From assembly GCA_026023565.1 (NCBI GenBank), contig JAPETS010000059.1:62001-126000 (forward strand): a stretch of 64,000 nucleotides of DNA, read 5' to 3'. Below, piece by piece: positions 1 to 13,027 of the stretch (position 1 is its first letter; every line of letters starts with the position of its first letter). The translations under genes and the position numbers were made by a program. A model generated the notes under the pieces. It ran no database searches. It was given only the letters and a program-made list of their open reading frames with translations, and was not told the origin of the DNA. This DNA comes from Cirrosporium novae-zelandiae (lineage: Eukaryota).

Positions 1-555
1 AAAACCGTAATCATGACCAGCGTCGAAATCAGCGCCTATATCCTATCCGCAAACCTACCCTCGATGAAAGCAATCTGGTCCAAACACGTCACCAAGAGTC
101 TACCATCCGCCCACGGTTTTTCAACCAGCGCGGAAGGAACCTCGGGTCGAAACCGAAACCGAAGCCACCAACCCAATCAGGTCTCCATCATGGCCAGCGG
201 CCACTCACACGATCGCAGCAACAGGAGTAGATCCCAACATGAGCTTGCTGTTTTAACTTCGAAACAAGACCGCGACTGGGACCGGGATCGCATGCGCAGC
301 GACTCGGAGGAAGAACTGTTCAATGCTTCCAGCAGCGGGGACGGCCACAGCAGTCAGCAAGAGGGGATCGGGAGTCACACCAATGGCATCGTGGTGACGA
401 GGGAGCTGGGTATCAACAGCGAGACTGTGTCTGTTCCATCAGGACTGCCCTCGCCGGATTTCAACCAACATTATTATGAGTTTCCACCGGGAAAGCCGGC
501 CAAGGTGCCAGGGAAGTCGAGAGTGGTGAGAAAGGGTTCAAAGGGTTCGGATTAG
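1..555 (+). CDS. 3' end of a PTH11/rhodopsin-like integral membrane protein (partial, runs off the window start)
   Basis: Open frame from the window edge. TSVEISAYILSANLPSMKAIW resembles the last-helix motif (xxE...iiAclPxlr) of fungal PTH11-like receptors, followed by a Ser/Arg-rich tail. Confidence 0.5.
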   Translation, partial: KTVIMTSVEISAYILSANLPSMKAIWSKHVTKSLPSAHGFSTSAEGTSGRNRNRSHQPNQVSIMASGHSHDRSNRSRSQHELAVLTSKQDRDWDRDRMRSDSEEELFNASSSGDGHSSQQEGIGSHTNGIVVTRELGINSETVSVPSGLPSPDFNQHYYEFPPGKPAKVPGKSRVVRKGSKGSD

Positions 556-571
556 CTATTCCAGGCGGAAT

Positions 572-761
572 TAGGGAAGCGAATCGACCAGACCAGACCA
601 GACCAGACCAGACCAGACCAAAGGGGCCTGACATGCGGCAGAGAGTAATATTATGGTGGGTCGAGGCGGATGAGGACATCGATGGTTGCTGCAATCATAA
701 TGAGGTTACCACGGAAATAATCGCCTCTCAGGGTGGTACGGTCTTGTCTATCCCATTCCCT
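572..761. mobile_element. Degenerate MITE family A copy with expanded (GACCA)n in the left TIR
   Basis: Left end agggaagcgaatcgaccagaccag... and right end ggtcttgtctatcccattccct resemble the TIRs of the 49365-49505 element; 7 GACCA units at 586-620. Confidence 0.5.
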
Positions 762-769
762 TTCCCATA

Positions 770-3235
770 ACTACCTACTTACCTACCTACCTACCTACCT
801 AGCCGGCTAAGGCAATGCGATATTCACACGCCTAATCCGCATCGATTGCATGGCTAGCTAAATGGACCAAAATGTTTTCACGACCAACACCCTATACATA
901 TCCTCCTCATTGATTCCATACCCCAATTGTCCGACGACCCCGACCCCGACTCCGACTCCCACGCCCAAAAATCCCCAGCCCTTTTGGTAGTGGGAAGGGC
1001 AGAAGTGGGAGTTGGGGAAGTAAGGGGAGGAAAGCAGGGCTTTTTTTTATGGTTCATTTCAAAGATATCCTTAGATTATGATATGATATGAATATAAATA
1101 ATGTGATACCTACCTACCTCCTTTTATGCACAATTAGTACACACACATACAGATATATACATCTCTTTTAGCTTTTTGTTTGTTTGTTTCATTTAATGAC
1201 AGATAGACTGTTAGGTTAGGCAGACAGGTAGTAAGGCAGGCATCGACGGGGTCCACTTACTTTACTTTACTTATTTAGGTACCTAGGTAATTACTTGCTT
1301 TTGGTACTAGTAGGCGTTTTAATAGTAAACTATCAATAAAAATAAATAAATACAAAATGCCTATGTTATCTATTCTATCTCGACGGTTTAAGAAAGAACC
1401 CTCTCTCTCTCTTTCTTTTTCTTTTATTGTTGAAAAGTAAGAGTAAAATAAGGATAAACCACAGTACCTAGATAATTAATTAATTAACCTTGAGCCAAAT
1501 TATCTACTGAGTAAATGGAACAGAACGTTTGGGATATTTCGCATAACTTGCTTGGAGTGGATGGGATGGGATGGAATGAGATAAGATGGAATGAGATAAG
1601 ATGGAATGGGATATATAAACTGGCCCCTAACGGTGGATGTAATGTAAGAAGTTTGATCCCGGGAAAGAGAGAGGAGAGTAGAATAGAATTGGGAAATATG
1701 AGGGATGAACCAATTATGACTGGGGGTTCAAAGTCATGACTATAATTATAATCCCCGCACTACTGATGAATATGAATATGAATCTTTACTTTATCCTTTC
1801 CATGCTTTCCATGCTTTCCATCCATTCCTCCTTCTCCATACCTATACCCATGCCCATACCCATACAAAAAAACACTTCCCCCCTTCGTCCCTTCGTCCCT
1901 CCCTTTCTAGCTCCTTCGCTTTCGAACTTTATTCCCCTCTATAACCCATCCTGTATCCCAACCAAACACTACACCACATCTCACCCCTTACTCTAAGCAA
2001 AAGTTCCCCATACGGTATGGTAGCCCTATGTTGATGGCGATGTGGATGTGGATGTGGATGTTGATGTTGATAGCAATGTGAGGTATGTGTTTTTGCATAG
2101 GAGAGTGGAGTATAGAGGAGATGTATAGATTTATTACAGGCTAGTAGAGTTAAATGGAATGAATGGGGATGAGATGGAATTGCGTAGATTGGAACTCGGT
2201 ATAAGGAATTAAGGATGAAGAAGAAGGAGTTAGGGAGAGCACATGTTTCTATTTCTATCACTATAGCGAAAAAACAAAAAAAAGAGAACAAAGAAATGGA
2301 AGGAGAAGAACGAAAGGGAACGGGAAAAGTGAAAGTGAAAAGTCCACTATTGATTTATTTATTCATATAAATATGTAGGCATATAGGTCGCATGAGCAAT
2401 AAATACAAGCACAAGCACAAGCACATGAGGAAAAAGGGGGCATAGGGTCGATAGGTTAGATTTCGGATTTATATTTGATATTTGATATTTGATATTTTAA
2501 TTTCTATTTGGATTTAAAAGGGAAGGAGAAGAAAGGAGGGAGAGGGAGAGTAGATCTCCCTAGATCCCTAGAAAGCCCGAAACTTGAAAACTCGAAACTT
2601 GAAAACCTTTGGCGATGGATTATTATAGATAAGTGATATATTTGTTCGTTCATTCACCCCAGATGTTCACAACTTATAAACTTGAACTTTGAACTTGAAC
2701 AAATAGACTTGGAGTTAGAGTTGGGGTTTACGGTGGTTAGAGCAAGAAGAAAGTAGAAAACAAAGAATAAGGAATAAGGAATGAGTACTTGAAGTAAAAG
2801 GAGGAATTAGAGGGGGGGGTAGGGTTTGGATTTGGGTGTGGGGGTTGGGTATTTCAGGATTCGAGATGTAGATAGGAACTGGGTATGGTACGTATTAGTA
2901 ACATGGACATCAACACAGGCAGGAAGCATTTCAGCCATCCCTTCCCCCTCCCTCTCCCAAAACCCCTATCAGCATTAGCATCAGTAACAACAACATTCCA
3001 GCACAAGTCACAAGTTATAAGCCATAAGCCATACTCTTCCTAATAGTAAAAATTCAATTAATTCCAACCGTATAGTAATCTTTCCCCCCCTTGAGGAGAA
3101 AAGAAATTAGATAAAGAGCAGTACCTATCAACATTTAATCCAGCACTCAACATCCAACGTAATTAATTTCATCAGTTACTTAATCAGATCATCCCCACCA
3201 ACTAAAAATCCCATCCCATCCCATCCCATCTCAGC
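770..3235. repeat. Low-complexity, microsatellite-rich intergenic block
   Basis: (ACCT)n, (GGGAT)n, (TGTGGA)n, (ATCCC)n and (CT)n runs; ORFs here translate as simple repeats. Confidence 0.85.
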
Positions 3236-3240
3236 TCGAA

Positions 3241-4823
3241 TCAACTACTCCTCAACGGTTCCAACCTCAACCTCCCCCTTCTCAATCTCCCAAGCCAAAT
3301 CAGATCCACAATTACAACATCAAAGAAACTAAACACCAAACTACCCCCAAACACAAGGCTATGATATGTCCACGCGTCACCGGCATTCAGGTGTGCGGTC
3401 TGGCATGCGATAGCCCACGGGAGGACATAGAGGAGGTTTGAGAGCAGAGATTGGTAGAGGTACCAGCGGGGGATAGTAGCTAGAAGGAGCGTTGCCAGCT
3501 GCGTGGATAGCGCGTACAGGATGTAGCACCAGTCGATGGTGCGCCACATGTGTGCGGTGATTTTAGCGACTGGTTCGGAGCCGCAGAGGTAGAAGGCGAA
3601 GGGCTGGGTGCCAAAGATGGAGAGGAATATGCACAGGGGCACTTCGACGGTGAGGGCGCAGGCGCAGGATATCAAGGCGGGGCGGGTTATGGATTTTATG
3701 GAGGCCCAGCTGGCGGGGGCTCGGGTTACGTCGATTCCGATCCCGCGGCGCCATTCTCCCCAGGCGTGGCCGATGAATGTTAGGGAGGTTGCTTCGAGGG
3801 CTTGCACGGGAACCATGACCAGGCCCCAGCGGATGGTGTTGAATACCCCCCAGGCGGTGGCGTAATCTGAGCCCATGGAGACGATGCCGCTTACGAGCCA
3901 GAGGTAGAGCGCGTTTCTAATGGCGGATTCTAAAAAGGTGATGAAACCCGGTCGCGCAAGGACGGCGAAGGCTCTGATGCTGGGTTTTCGATAACGGAGT
4001 TCTTCCCTTGAAGGACGGGACTGGGTTCGGAAGTTGGTCATGTAGATGAAATAGAAGAGACCGATAAAGGCGGAACTCATGTCGCAAGCAAGGCGAATAG
4101 ATGCCTGACCATTGATTGTGGGCTTGAAGCTGCCTACATGGAATTTAGAGATGATGAGAAGATCCAGAAGGATATTGATAATGAATTTAACAGAGCTGAT
4201 CAGTAACGGGATATCAGGTTTATCCAAAGCCCTAGTAGAGCTTGCCACTGCTGTTTCGATGGCAGAACTCAGCGCCGAGAACGAACTTATTCGTACATAT
4301 GTCAAGCTGGTAGCCCTAACATTTGCGGGCACAAAGCCAGCCGAGAAGGTTTTCGCTGCCGAGACAAATGCGATGCTCATAATCAACCCGAGGGAAGCTT
4401 GGAATAGTATGAGGGTATGGGCAAGCCCAAGACGGGACGAGAATGTCCGTTGGGCCTTGTTTCCAATGACAAGCCATGCTGCTCTAGGGAGACCTTCGTT
4501 TAACACCTCGGCCACAACCCCGATATATGTATACACGTCGGTGGTTACAACAAGAGAAGAGTCGATGTCAGCTACCCAGAGCTTTGATAATGTTGAATAG
4601 AGCGCTGGTAGGACGAAGGCAGCGAGATTGAACAAGAGCGCTCCGACATATCTAGAGAGGATCAGCTAGTACCATCCATTCTTAAGACCCATTCCCACCG
4701 ATCTCGATGCCACCATGGTTTGACAGTCACATCATCGTCTAATTGTATCCTTTGCTCTGGCGCAAAAGATATTCCCTCAGGTATAGCATGCTCGACCAGT
4801 AGATTATTTTTAAAGAGTGACAT
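3241..4823 (-). CDS. MATE-like multi-pass efflux/transport protein, 2 exons (4699-4823, 3241-4651)
   Basis: About 12 hydrophobic segments. A 47-nt GT-AG intron at 4652-4698 joins ...[19 protein letters not shown] in frame. Family assigned from recalled motifs. Confidence 0.7.
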
Positions 4824-5663
4824 TTTATATGCTAGCAATGAAAATATAAACCATCAAGGCTGCTGCTAGTTATTGTGGGAGGGCAAGTTGTCTTCATTAA
4901 TCAGACTTCTAGATCCCGAAAGCAAATAAATTGGAAGCTTCATGAGCTTTATCTGTAGTGCTGAGCTTCATTTTTGATACTGATGTCACACAGAGAACTT
5001 GGCTGCATATTTCGCCGTTCCATTGGAGGATTGAATGAGGGGAAACAAAGGCCCACTGGTTGTATTAACTCCAAATGGTTATTGCTTATTTCCTCAATAG
5101 TGTTTAAATATTGATAGAATACAAGTAGACTCGATAGATAAACCAATGTCACAACCTCGCTAACGACATGGAAATAATACAGTATTGTCCTGTTTCCCTT
5201 GTACTGTACAGTATCTTGGCGCGCCCAGCTATGATCCGAAGAGTCCAGACACCCTACAGCAACATCAACGACGTTCTTTCATCCCCATAAAAGCTGGGGG
5301 GTCAGAACAAATCACTTACTGTATGTACTGTACGTACCGCATACAAGTTTCAAAAACATCTCAGCGTTTTACCAACCGCGAAATACAATCCATCTAGGGA
5401 GCTATGATGAAACCATAACCGTGGAGTTAGAACTACCATGTACTGGACATCGTATACACAATAGCAAAACGCTTACAAGGGACTTTGCCAAGATACAATT
5501 TGTACCAGACTGGAATTACCAATACCTATTGATCATCCGGCCAAATATTCTTTTTCTTCCTAGCATTCTCGGATGCATCCCATAACAGGCTATTATACTG
5601 TATGCTTATCCTATCTATATATGCCCTAGAACATTAATATGTTCATAATCCTCCTTTATTTTC

Positions 5664-6788
5664 TTATTCTCGATTGCTTATGAAGTCGTATAATGCATCG
5701 CTGTTGCGGCAGACACGATCTTCTTCCAGCCCATCCAGGTTAATTCTGTACTTGTGCGATTTCTTTAAGGGTTCGAGGGTACTGTCTGCGGCACAGAGGA
5801 TGGTCTGTGGGACGCGTGTAAGTAAATGTTAGATTTGAGGCTGGATAGGAATTACGGAGAGGAGAGCATAGAGAGGAGGGTTAGAAAGGGGTGATAGAGA
5901 GGAGGTAATACATGGCAAGGGAAATGCCAATCAGGTATCGCCTTACGCCAAATCAACAAATAACCGCGAGATGCATACCTGTCTGAGATAATTGAAGCAA
6001 TATAACCAAGGTGCATCCGCATTCTTCAATATCTCAGCTTCCCTGATACCAGGACCTTTTTTATATCCATGCCCATGCTCCATTGACTTCCCCCCTTCCA
6101 TGTACCCCTGCATGGCCGTTCTGATAATCGCTAGGCAATGGAGCTGGTGAAACATACTTATCCTCCACGGGTGATCTGTTCCATTATCGTCCTTGACAAG
6201 TAGGAAGTCTTTGTTGGGGTTAGGATCACTCCAGAAGGAATCATAGGCGTGCGACATGTTCATGAAGCGATGGTCTTTGGCGAATTTTTTGACGGTCAGA
6301 TTGGAGACTGATGAGGGCATCGTGACTTGTGGAGTTGAGGTATGGTTTGCCAACATGAACAAGTGATGGTTCTGCGATTGGACCGTCGAAGCGATAGAGC
6401 AAGAAGGATCCAAGGAAGGGTTTGAAGGAGGAAGAGGCATTGGTAGTACGATGCTCATGAAAGTGGATTATAGGACCAGAACCGTCAGGGCTATCGATCC
6501 GAAGATCAGTAAGATGGAGCTAATGATGTAGGTCGTTGGGTGGATATAATAATTACGCAACGCCGATTTCGGGGGGTTCATAACGAGTGGGATTCCAGAG
6601 GAATTAGTACGCGAAGCGAAGAAATGAAAATGTTCTAGCTTCGTCGAGGGTGCCATTTCGACATCCATAGTCCCATATGTGTCCTTGGGAGATGCGGGGG
6701 CGAAGGATGATCGTCTCCGGTATAGAGAAAAAGTTGATGCTGTCGGTGAAGAAGAGGATGTGAAAAACGGTGGAAGACGAGGAATCAT
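5664..6788 (-). pseudogene. DUF3328 (UstYa-like HxxHC oxidase), probable pseudogene
   Basis: N-terminal TM helix, SMFHQLHCL motif, intron 5805-5978, then a last exon TILCAADSTLEP...DG...VCRN. In-frame TAA at 6468-6470; the second HxxHC reads PWLYC. Confidence 0.75.
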
Positions 6789-7337
6789 GACCGATTAGAA
6801 TCGAAATGAAGAGTTATAAGATGGCTGAGAGTTAAGGATCTCACTGAGGAGAGAACGGTTGTACCCAAAGTGTTTGGACGATTTATTGCCTTGATTATCC
6901 AGTGCTAGGCCATTAATATGAGCCTTCTTAAACACAAAAACGCGAAGAGACTTCTAAGGCAAAGATATTCAAAGTCATGTCGAAGAGGTTTTGATCAACC
7001 TCAATTTTCGAAGGATATCGACTTTTTTACACCTGAAATATCTGGAGGATCTCTAAAAATTAGCAACAGGCTCATCTATTTCTTAATAAAATGAGGAGAA
7101 CAACCTCTTGAAAAAATGGATAGAACAAAGAAATTTTATTATTATTGTCTTTTGAATTTTGATCGTGACATACGTAGTGCGTGACATACGTTGTGTGGCT
7201 TCATGCCAACAAAGAATCCCCCATTCCCGAACGCTAGACAATGCTACACTCCAAATCTGTGGCGGCGACTAACCGACCTTCCAAACTGTAGGGACCTTTC
7301 CAACGATTATCAGACACGATGACCAACCTGTGTAGCC

Positions 7338-9166
7338 TTAAACGTGCATGGTGGCAAGAGTTTGTGTACTTCCGCTGGTGCTGAAAAGGCTCTCAGGAGG
7401 CGAATTCCGTGGTCTCCTGGAAATATTGGATCGTCCAAATGAAATTGATCGTTGAGGATGGGGAACAGGCTCATCGCGATAGCCAAAAATGTCTTGCCAG
7501 AGCCTTCGACAAGCAGCGATAGAGGTGAACAAGTAGATGACACCGTTCCAGAAACCTTGTAGGGGTAGAACAATTGCCGAGGCAAGCAGTAAACCGTAGC
7601 AGGAGTTTACTGGATCAATCATGGTATAGACACGGTTTATTGTTGAGGGGACCTATCATTTGATTGTTAGCCATCCATGATGTAGGAGTGTTGAGAAGTT
7701 CCAGCATTGGGAATAGACCAGATCAGACCAGTATGAAGGTGATTACTGCCGTGGTCAGCTTCATCTTGAATTCCCTTCATCCTATCTTGAAATTATTTTT
7801 ATCACGCCAGACCAATCTGATCTAGACTATCCCATTCTGTTAAGAAGAACGTACCCAAGTAACTAGTAGAGATAGAAAAAACAACAAGGCACATTTAGCA
7901 TACTGCCACGCCGCGCGATTGTTAGCTTTCACTCGTTTCCTATGCGCTGGTCCCGAAATGGATGCTCGTGCAGTGTTGGAAATTGTGGTACCACTTAGCA
8001 TTGCTGGATAGTGAGCTTCAAATGTGATGGAGGATGTAGAGTATGGACGTTCTGGATATCCTATCATCCGCTCTGTAGTTTCCACCTCCATCTCTGTGGT
8101 GATTTGGATCTCATTATCTTTACTCGGCATGTAGTTTGTGAAGACCTTGTTCTCTTGAAGCGGATAGGAGTGACTTGAGAAAGACATGTCCTTGCGTTTT
8201 TCATATATGTGCTTTCCTGCATAGATGTAGATGGCCATGGTAGCAAATATGATGACCCAGACAGGCCCATAGAATATGCCTATCCGAAGTGGATCCCAGT
8301 CCAGAGAGATCCAACACCAGAGCTAAGAAACCGTCAGTGCCAAAAATTCACTTGGTTACTAGATTGAGAACGTACATCCGCATCACCGTAAGCTTTTCCA
8401 CGATCTTTTGTTTGGATAAAAGCCAGTATGAGTGCAGGAATGAAGGAGATACCATAACAGATGCCAATATACAACCTCTCAAGTGCCCTCAGCTGGTCGA
8501 CAGTGTATCTGTGGAAGAAGGTCAGATAGACATTTAGAGCCATCACAAAGTTCCACATTGCATCAGCGGGCATGAACCTTGGAAATGTTAGCAAATCTTC
8601 AAGAATAATTCATCAGTGTTCCAAATACTTTGAATAGGTGGAAATGAAAGTGATCAGGCCCAAAAGTAAAGCTAAAAGGTGACCTTGGGGAGCTTTTAAA
8701 GAAAGTCATTTTGATTCTACCTTTGGGTCTGGTCACTTTCATTTCTACCTATCCAAGAGGGAGTAGATCAGACCAGAACCCTCCGAAGTCAGCAAAAGCC
8801 TGACGGGATGATATGAATCAGATCGAAGGTAGAGGATTATGTAGAAACAACCACATCCAGTCGACCTGGTCTGATCTATCTGAAACACTGTATGGATTGG
8901 TGCTTATCTCACATCTGAATCATGAAGCCTTGGAATTGGCATAGTGGACCATCGGGTTGTCCGACAGCTGACGTCGAGATCAGAGTACCAACGCATGCCA
9001 GAACGTTCCCGAAGGAAGCATAGAAGACGAGGCGGTTGATAGGTGAGCGGAAATGGGCCGAGCAAAGAAAAGTTCCGATGATGAAGAAACAAGCTAGAAG
9101 AGAGATACATGAGGCAAGCCGTTCAGCGATGCTAATGGTCAGGACCTGACCACTTGTGAGAACCAT
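7338..9166 (-). CDS. cAMP-receptor-like 7TM GPCR, 4 exons (8913-9166, 8376-8577, 7855-8322, 7338-7652), about 412 aa
   Basis: Motifs FRSPINRLVFYASFGN, CQFQGFMIQMFMPAD, LWCWI, YGPVW and VLPLQGFWNGVIY. Exons join in frame across GT-AG introns. Confidence 0.88.
7702..7839. mobile_element. MITE family A copy (138 bp) in GPCR intron 3
   Basis: TIRs cagcattgggaatagaccagatcaga / tctgatctagactatcccattctg. The interior is homologous, in reverse orientation, to 49365-49505. Confidence 0.75.
8614..8890. mobile_element. MITE family A copy in GPCR intron 1, interrupted by a family B element
   Basis: Removing 8628-8765 restores the left TIR cagtgttccaaatagatcagaccag, which matches the reverse complement of the right end (cagtgtttcagatagatcagaccag) and gives a 139-bp element. 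Confidence 0.7.
8628..8763. mobile_element. MITE family B, short internally deleted copy, TA-flanked
   Basis: TIR ataggtggaaatgaaagtgatcaggcccaaa vs tttgggtctggtcactttcatttctacctat; TA at 8626-8627 and 8764-8765. Confidence 0.8.
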
Positions 9167-9876
9167 TTTAGCAAAGAGTATCCAGATTATGTGGGCATGA
9201 GAATGAGAGGAGAAAGATGGAGAGGAGTTGAGGTTAGATAAGCCGTACCTCTTTGGAAGATTAAGCAGGTGCCTCCGTCAGAAATGTGCGAACTAGAGGG
9301 ATAGATGTTGTAATTAAGGGAAGTATTCTAGAAATCCGAATGAGTGAATGGGAGCTGGGCCTCGAGTCGAGCGGACCATGGATCATACCATATATTATAA
9401 GGTTCTGTCGACAAAGGGGTCACGCAGTCAGACGTGTTGGTGGTAACGGGCATCATTTTGATTAGCCCAATCATGCTAAGGAGTAGAATGAATTGCATTC
9501 TACACAATACCCCAAGTGTTTGATGTTACCAAGGGATTCGAGTGGGGGGGGGGGGAAGATTTAACAACACAATTGTGGGGTATAGAAGCAGTCAGCAAGA
9601 TTGAGACAACCTGTAGGGAACTATTACATGTACATGGCAAGGATTTGATATAGGCGCAAAGGAACTACCTACACAGTACTGGTAAGGTAAATAATGGGAG
9701 ATGGGAATTTACACATAACGGGTATAAGTTTATGCTGTGATAAAGCATAACTAACCAAAATGGTCTTATCGTTGGTAATCTCTCATCAATAAACTTCGAG
9801 TCAAACGCTTAGCGAAAGAATCGATCAACCTCCAGCTTTTCCCACTTGTATTATGGGGAAGTTGACTTTCCACTCT

Positions 9877-9931
9877 GGATAATTTGGATAATTTGGATAA
9901 TTTGGATAACTGGACAACTTGACAACTTGAC
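9877..9931. repeat. Short tandem repeat (GGATAATTT)n decaying into (GACAACTT)n
   Basis: Visible directly in the sequence. Confidence 0.8.
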
Positions 9932-11160
9932 AGGAGGTTAACACTGCCATCTGCCGCATAACGGATGAAAGCTATTTCGTTTTGTTAAATCCTTTCCACG
10001 TGGTCCAGCAATTCTGGTAAAGGTATCTAGATAATTAATAAAGATACAGTAGATGGCTCGATGGGCACTCCCCACAAAGATCGACACAAGCACTGCTTAG
10101 ACTACGTATCCGATATAATTGCCGTAATGGATCATCCCCAGCATTTTCACCAACCTCCAACATCACAATGTTTCAACCATGTCTAAGTAAGGGTCAAGGG
10201 GAAAAGAAGCTTTTCGCTTCATCTTTGACTTTCCCAGGCCCTGTCAGACTGTGCAGGTCATGGAATTAGGTCTTATGTCACCTCTATCCACGACGAGCTA
10301 GTATTTGACTATTGGATCAAAGGCACCGTTATTTGTTTCTCACACCTGCATACCTCTCATGGGTCGGCAGTTGATACCACATTCAAAGCCGCCTCCCAAA
10401 ATCCCAAAAGGTTGAAAAACATCTTCATGTTCCTGCATCAGCCACGTTGGTGGTATTATTTTGCATTGGCACTCGGGAGATTGCAATATCCCCAACCAAT
10501 AATTTGCCATCGTTCCTATTCCAGAAGCAGGAGGGCGTAAATTTTATCACCATGCTCGATTACCTTGAACATAACCATACACCATACAGAGTAGGTCCAA
10601 AGTCCTAGTCGTGGGGGATGACGTTCATCCTCCATCGTCTTGGCAAATATTTGCTGTTTCTAATGTCATCTAAAAGCTCTCCATCCAGTCGGACCTGTGC
10701 CATCAAGTTTCTTCCTTGTAAACCACTTTTCCTATTAATACCGGAAATAATCCACCGAGTCGGGCCGAGATAATGTGGGGGCAATGTAGGGATTCTTGTT
10801 GTCGGCGATTCTAGTCTTGGAGCATAGTTTGAGCACTGAGAAAACAACGAAGGGCAAGGCTCGAGATACCAGTGTCATTCACTTATCCAGATTTCTAAAA
10901 AAAACAAGCTTTGAAATTTGAAACCCAAGTCGTAGCTTTTGAAGACAATAATATCATTTACACCTGTTTGGTCTCGGTTTAATTAAAGGAAGCACACAGA
11001 ACAGCCCCCTGCTGAAAAGCTCTTTCATACCACGCGTGTAGCCATCTCCTTGAACGTCCGTCCTTAACGCCAAAACATGCACACATTAATATCATAACAT
11101 TAATCACAGAAAACTTCGTTGAAGAGGAATATTCATATCATGTACCTACGGGGCTATGAT

Positions 11161-12224
11161 TTAGTATGCTCCCTGAGGAATCATACTAGCTTGAGGGTTA
11201 TACGTGTTTGCCATTTGGTTCTTGAGTTGCGGAAGGTCGTGGAACCAAGGGTGGCGAAGTGCATCGGCGGCGCTTATACGCATCTCTGGTCTCAACTGGA
11301 GCATTCGACTCAAAAGATCCAAGCCCAGTTGATCGACTTGGGGAAGGATGATGCGAAGATCTTGAGTCGCATAGACATGGAAGTTTTGTTTGTACTCTGT
11401 AAACTTGGAAATACCTGGCCATGATCGTTCAGAAGGCGTTCCCATTAGGCGGAAAATTTTTTGCAATTGGTCCTCATTGGCTGTTCCAGGGAACAGGGGT
11501 CGACCAGTATACATTTCAGCCATAATGCATCCCGCTGACCAGATGTCTATGCTAGTATTGTACGTGCGACTTCCCAGAAGGACATCAGGTGCTCGATACC
11601 AAAGAGTGACAACCTCGTTCGAAAAGGTATTCACAGGAATGCCAAACGCTCTGGCCAAACCAAAATCACCAAGTTTGAGGTTTCCCTTGCTGTTAATCAA
11701 CAGATTTTGAGGTTTGAGATCTCGGTGGAGGACACGGTTTTCGTGACAGAATGCTATTCCCTGAAGGAGCTGTTGCATGAAGGATTTTATCGTTACGTAG
11801 TCAAGCGAACCACGATCGCCACGAGAATCCATGTACTTCTTTAGATCTTTATCCATATATTCGAAGACCAACATGAGCTTATTCTCGGTATGGATAACAT
11901 CGTAAAGCGAAACAATGTTTTCGTGTTTGAGTTCTTTCATAAGGGAGATCTCTCGAATAGCAGTAGACGGTGTGCCTTCTTCGGAATCAAGGTGGATTTC
12001 CTTGAGAGCAACTAACTCCCCCGTCTGGCGATTACGTCCTTTGAAGACCTGCTGGTGGTTAGCCAGTGAAGATTGGCAAGGGGTAAAGTAAATGCAATGC
12101 GTACGGTGGCATAGGTGCCCTCCCCTAACTATTTCTGATCAGTCAACTATCTTCAAATTATCTGTGGAATACATGTACCAACCTTCTCGAGCTGCTGGAA
12201 CGAACTAGGATGTCTTTTATCCAT
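11161..12224 (-). CDS. PHO85: Cyclin-dependent kinase Pho85, 3 exons (12183-12224, 12105-12128, 11161-12048)
   Basis: [96 protein letters not shown]. Confidence 0.96.
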
Positions 12225-13027
12225 CTGGCGGAGTAATCGTGGTGGGACAGATGGGAAAGATGGGAAATGGGTAGATTGTGGATGAGGGAAAAGGAATGAC
12301 TGTGGTGACACTAATGAGGTTGCTGTTGATCGGGTGGGGGGTACCAAAGAATGCGTAGAGTTTCTCTGATTTTGAGGATTTGAGAAGGATTGTGAACGGT
12401 TGCGATGATGATCGTCCATAATAATACAGAGTAGGCAGATATGACCCAATGGTCAAGAGCCAAACATAGACGCCGGGGTAAAAATTAGTAGCAGAGTCCA
12501 CCTGTGGTTTCGCTTGGCCTTCTGGTCACTTCGACTTACATGTAACCAATGCCACCTTTACCCAATCAATTTGTACAATGTCACCACATGCTCGTGATTC
12601 AACATCACCTTTATACTTTGTCTTCACCATGACAATCATCCACTATGATTACCTATTTAGAATCATAAAAACCAACATGAAAAGAACAGAACGAGAATTT
12701 TCACAAGGTCAAGTGAGACATGCAGACATCCATCCCTCATCTCCTAGATAACATGCTTCAACATTCTTCATGTCTCTTCATCTTAGCCCAAGAATGTGAA
12801 TTTCCCTCTTTTGAATTTTGGGAAAACTACAAATATCTAACATGTCTTCGTACTTTTTGTATCGCGAGGGACTTTTCCATACTCTTGACTCACCTGGATA
12901 AATTTCCACCTATCCAAACCAATCACTATGGCTCCCTCTATCCGGAGACTATTCCTTTCATTTTATCGAAAAGCCCCTTCGGTCATTCAGTCCAGACCAA
13001 CTATTTACACTCGACTGAACTCCTTCA

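Noticed and set aside
4830..11100. Search for a KEX2-repeat RiPP precursor near the DUF3328 gene
   Set aside because: No signal peptide plus repeated KR-delimited cores is visible; the repeat at 9877-9931 is a non-coding short tandem repeat.
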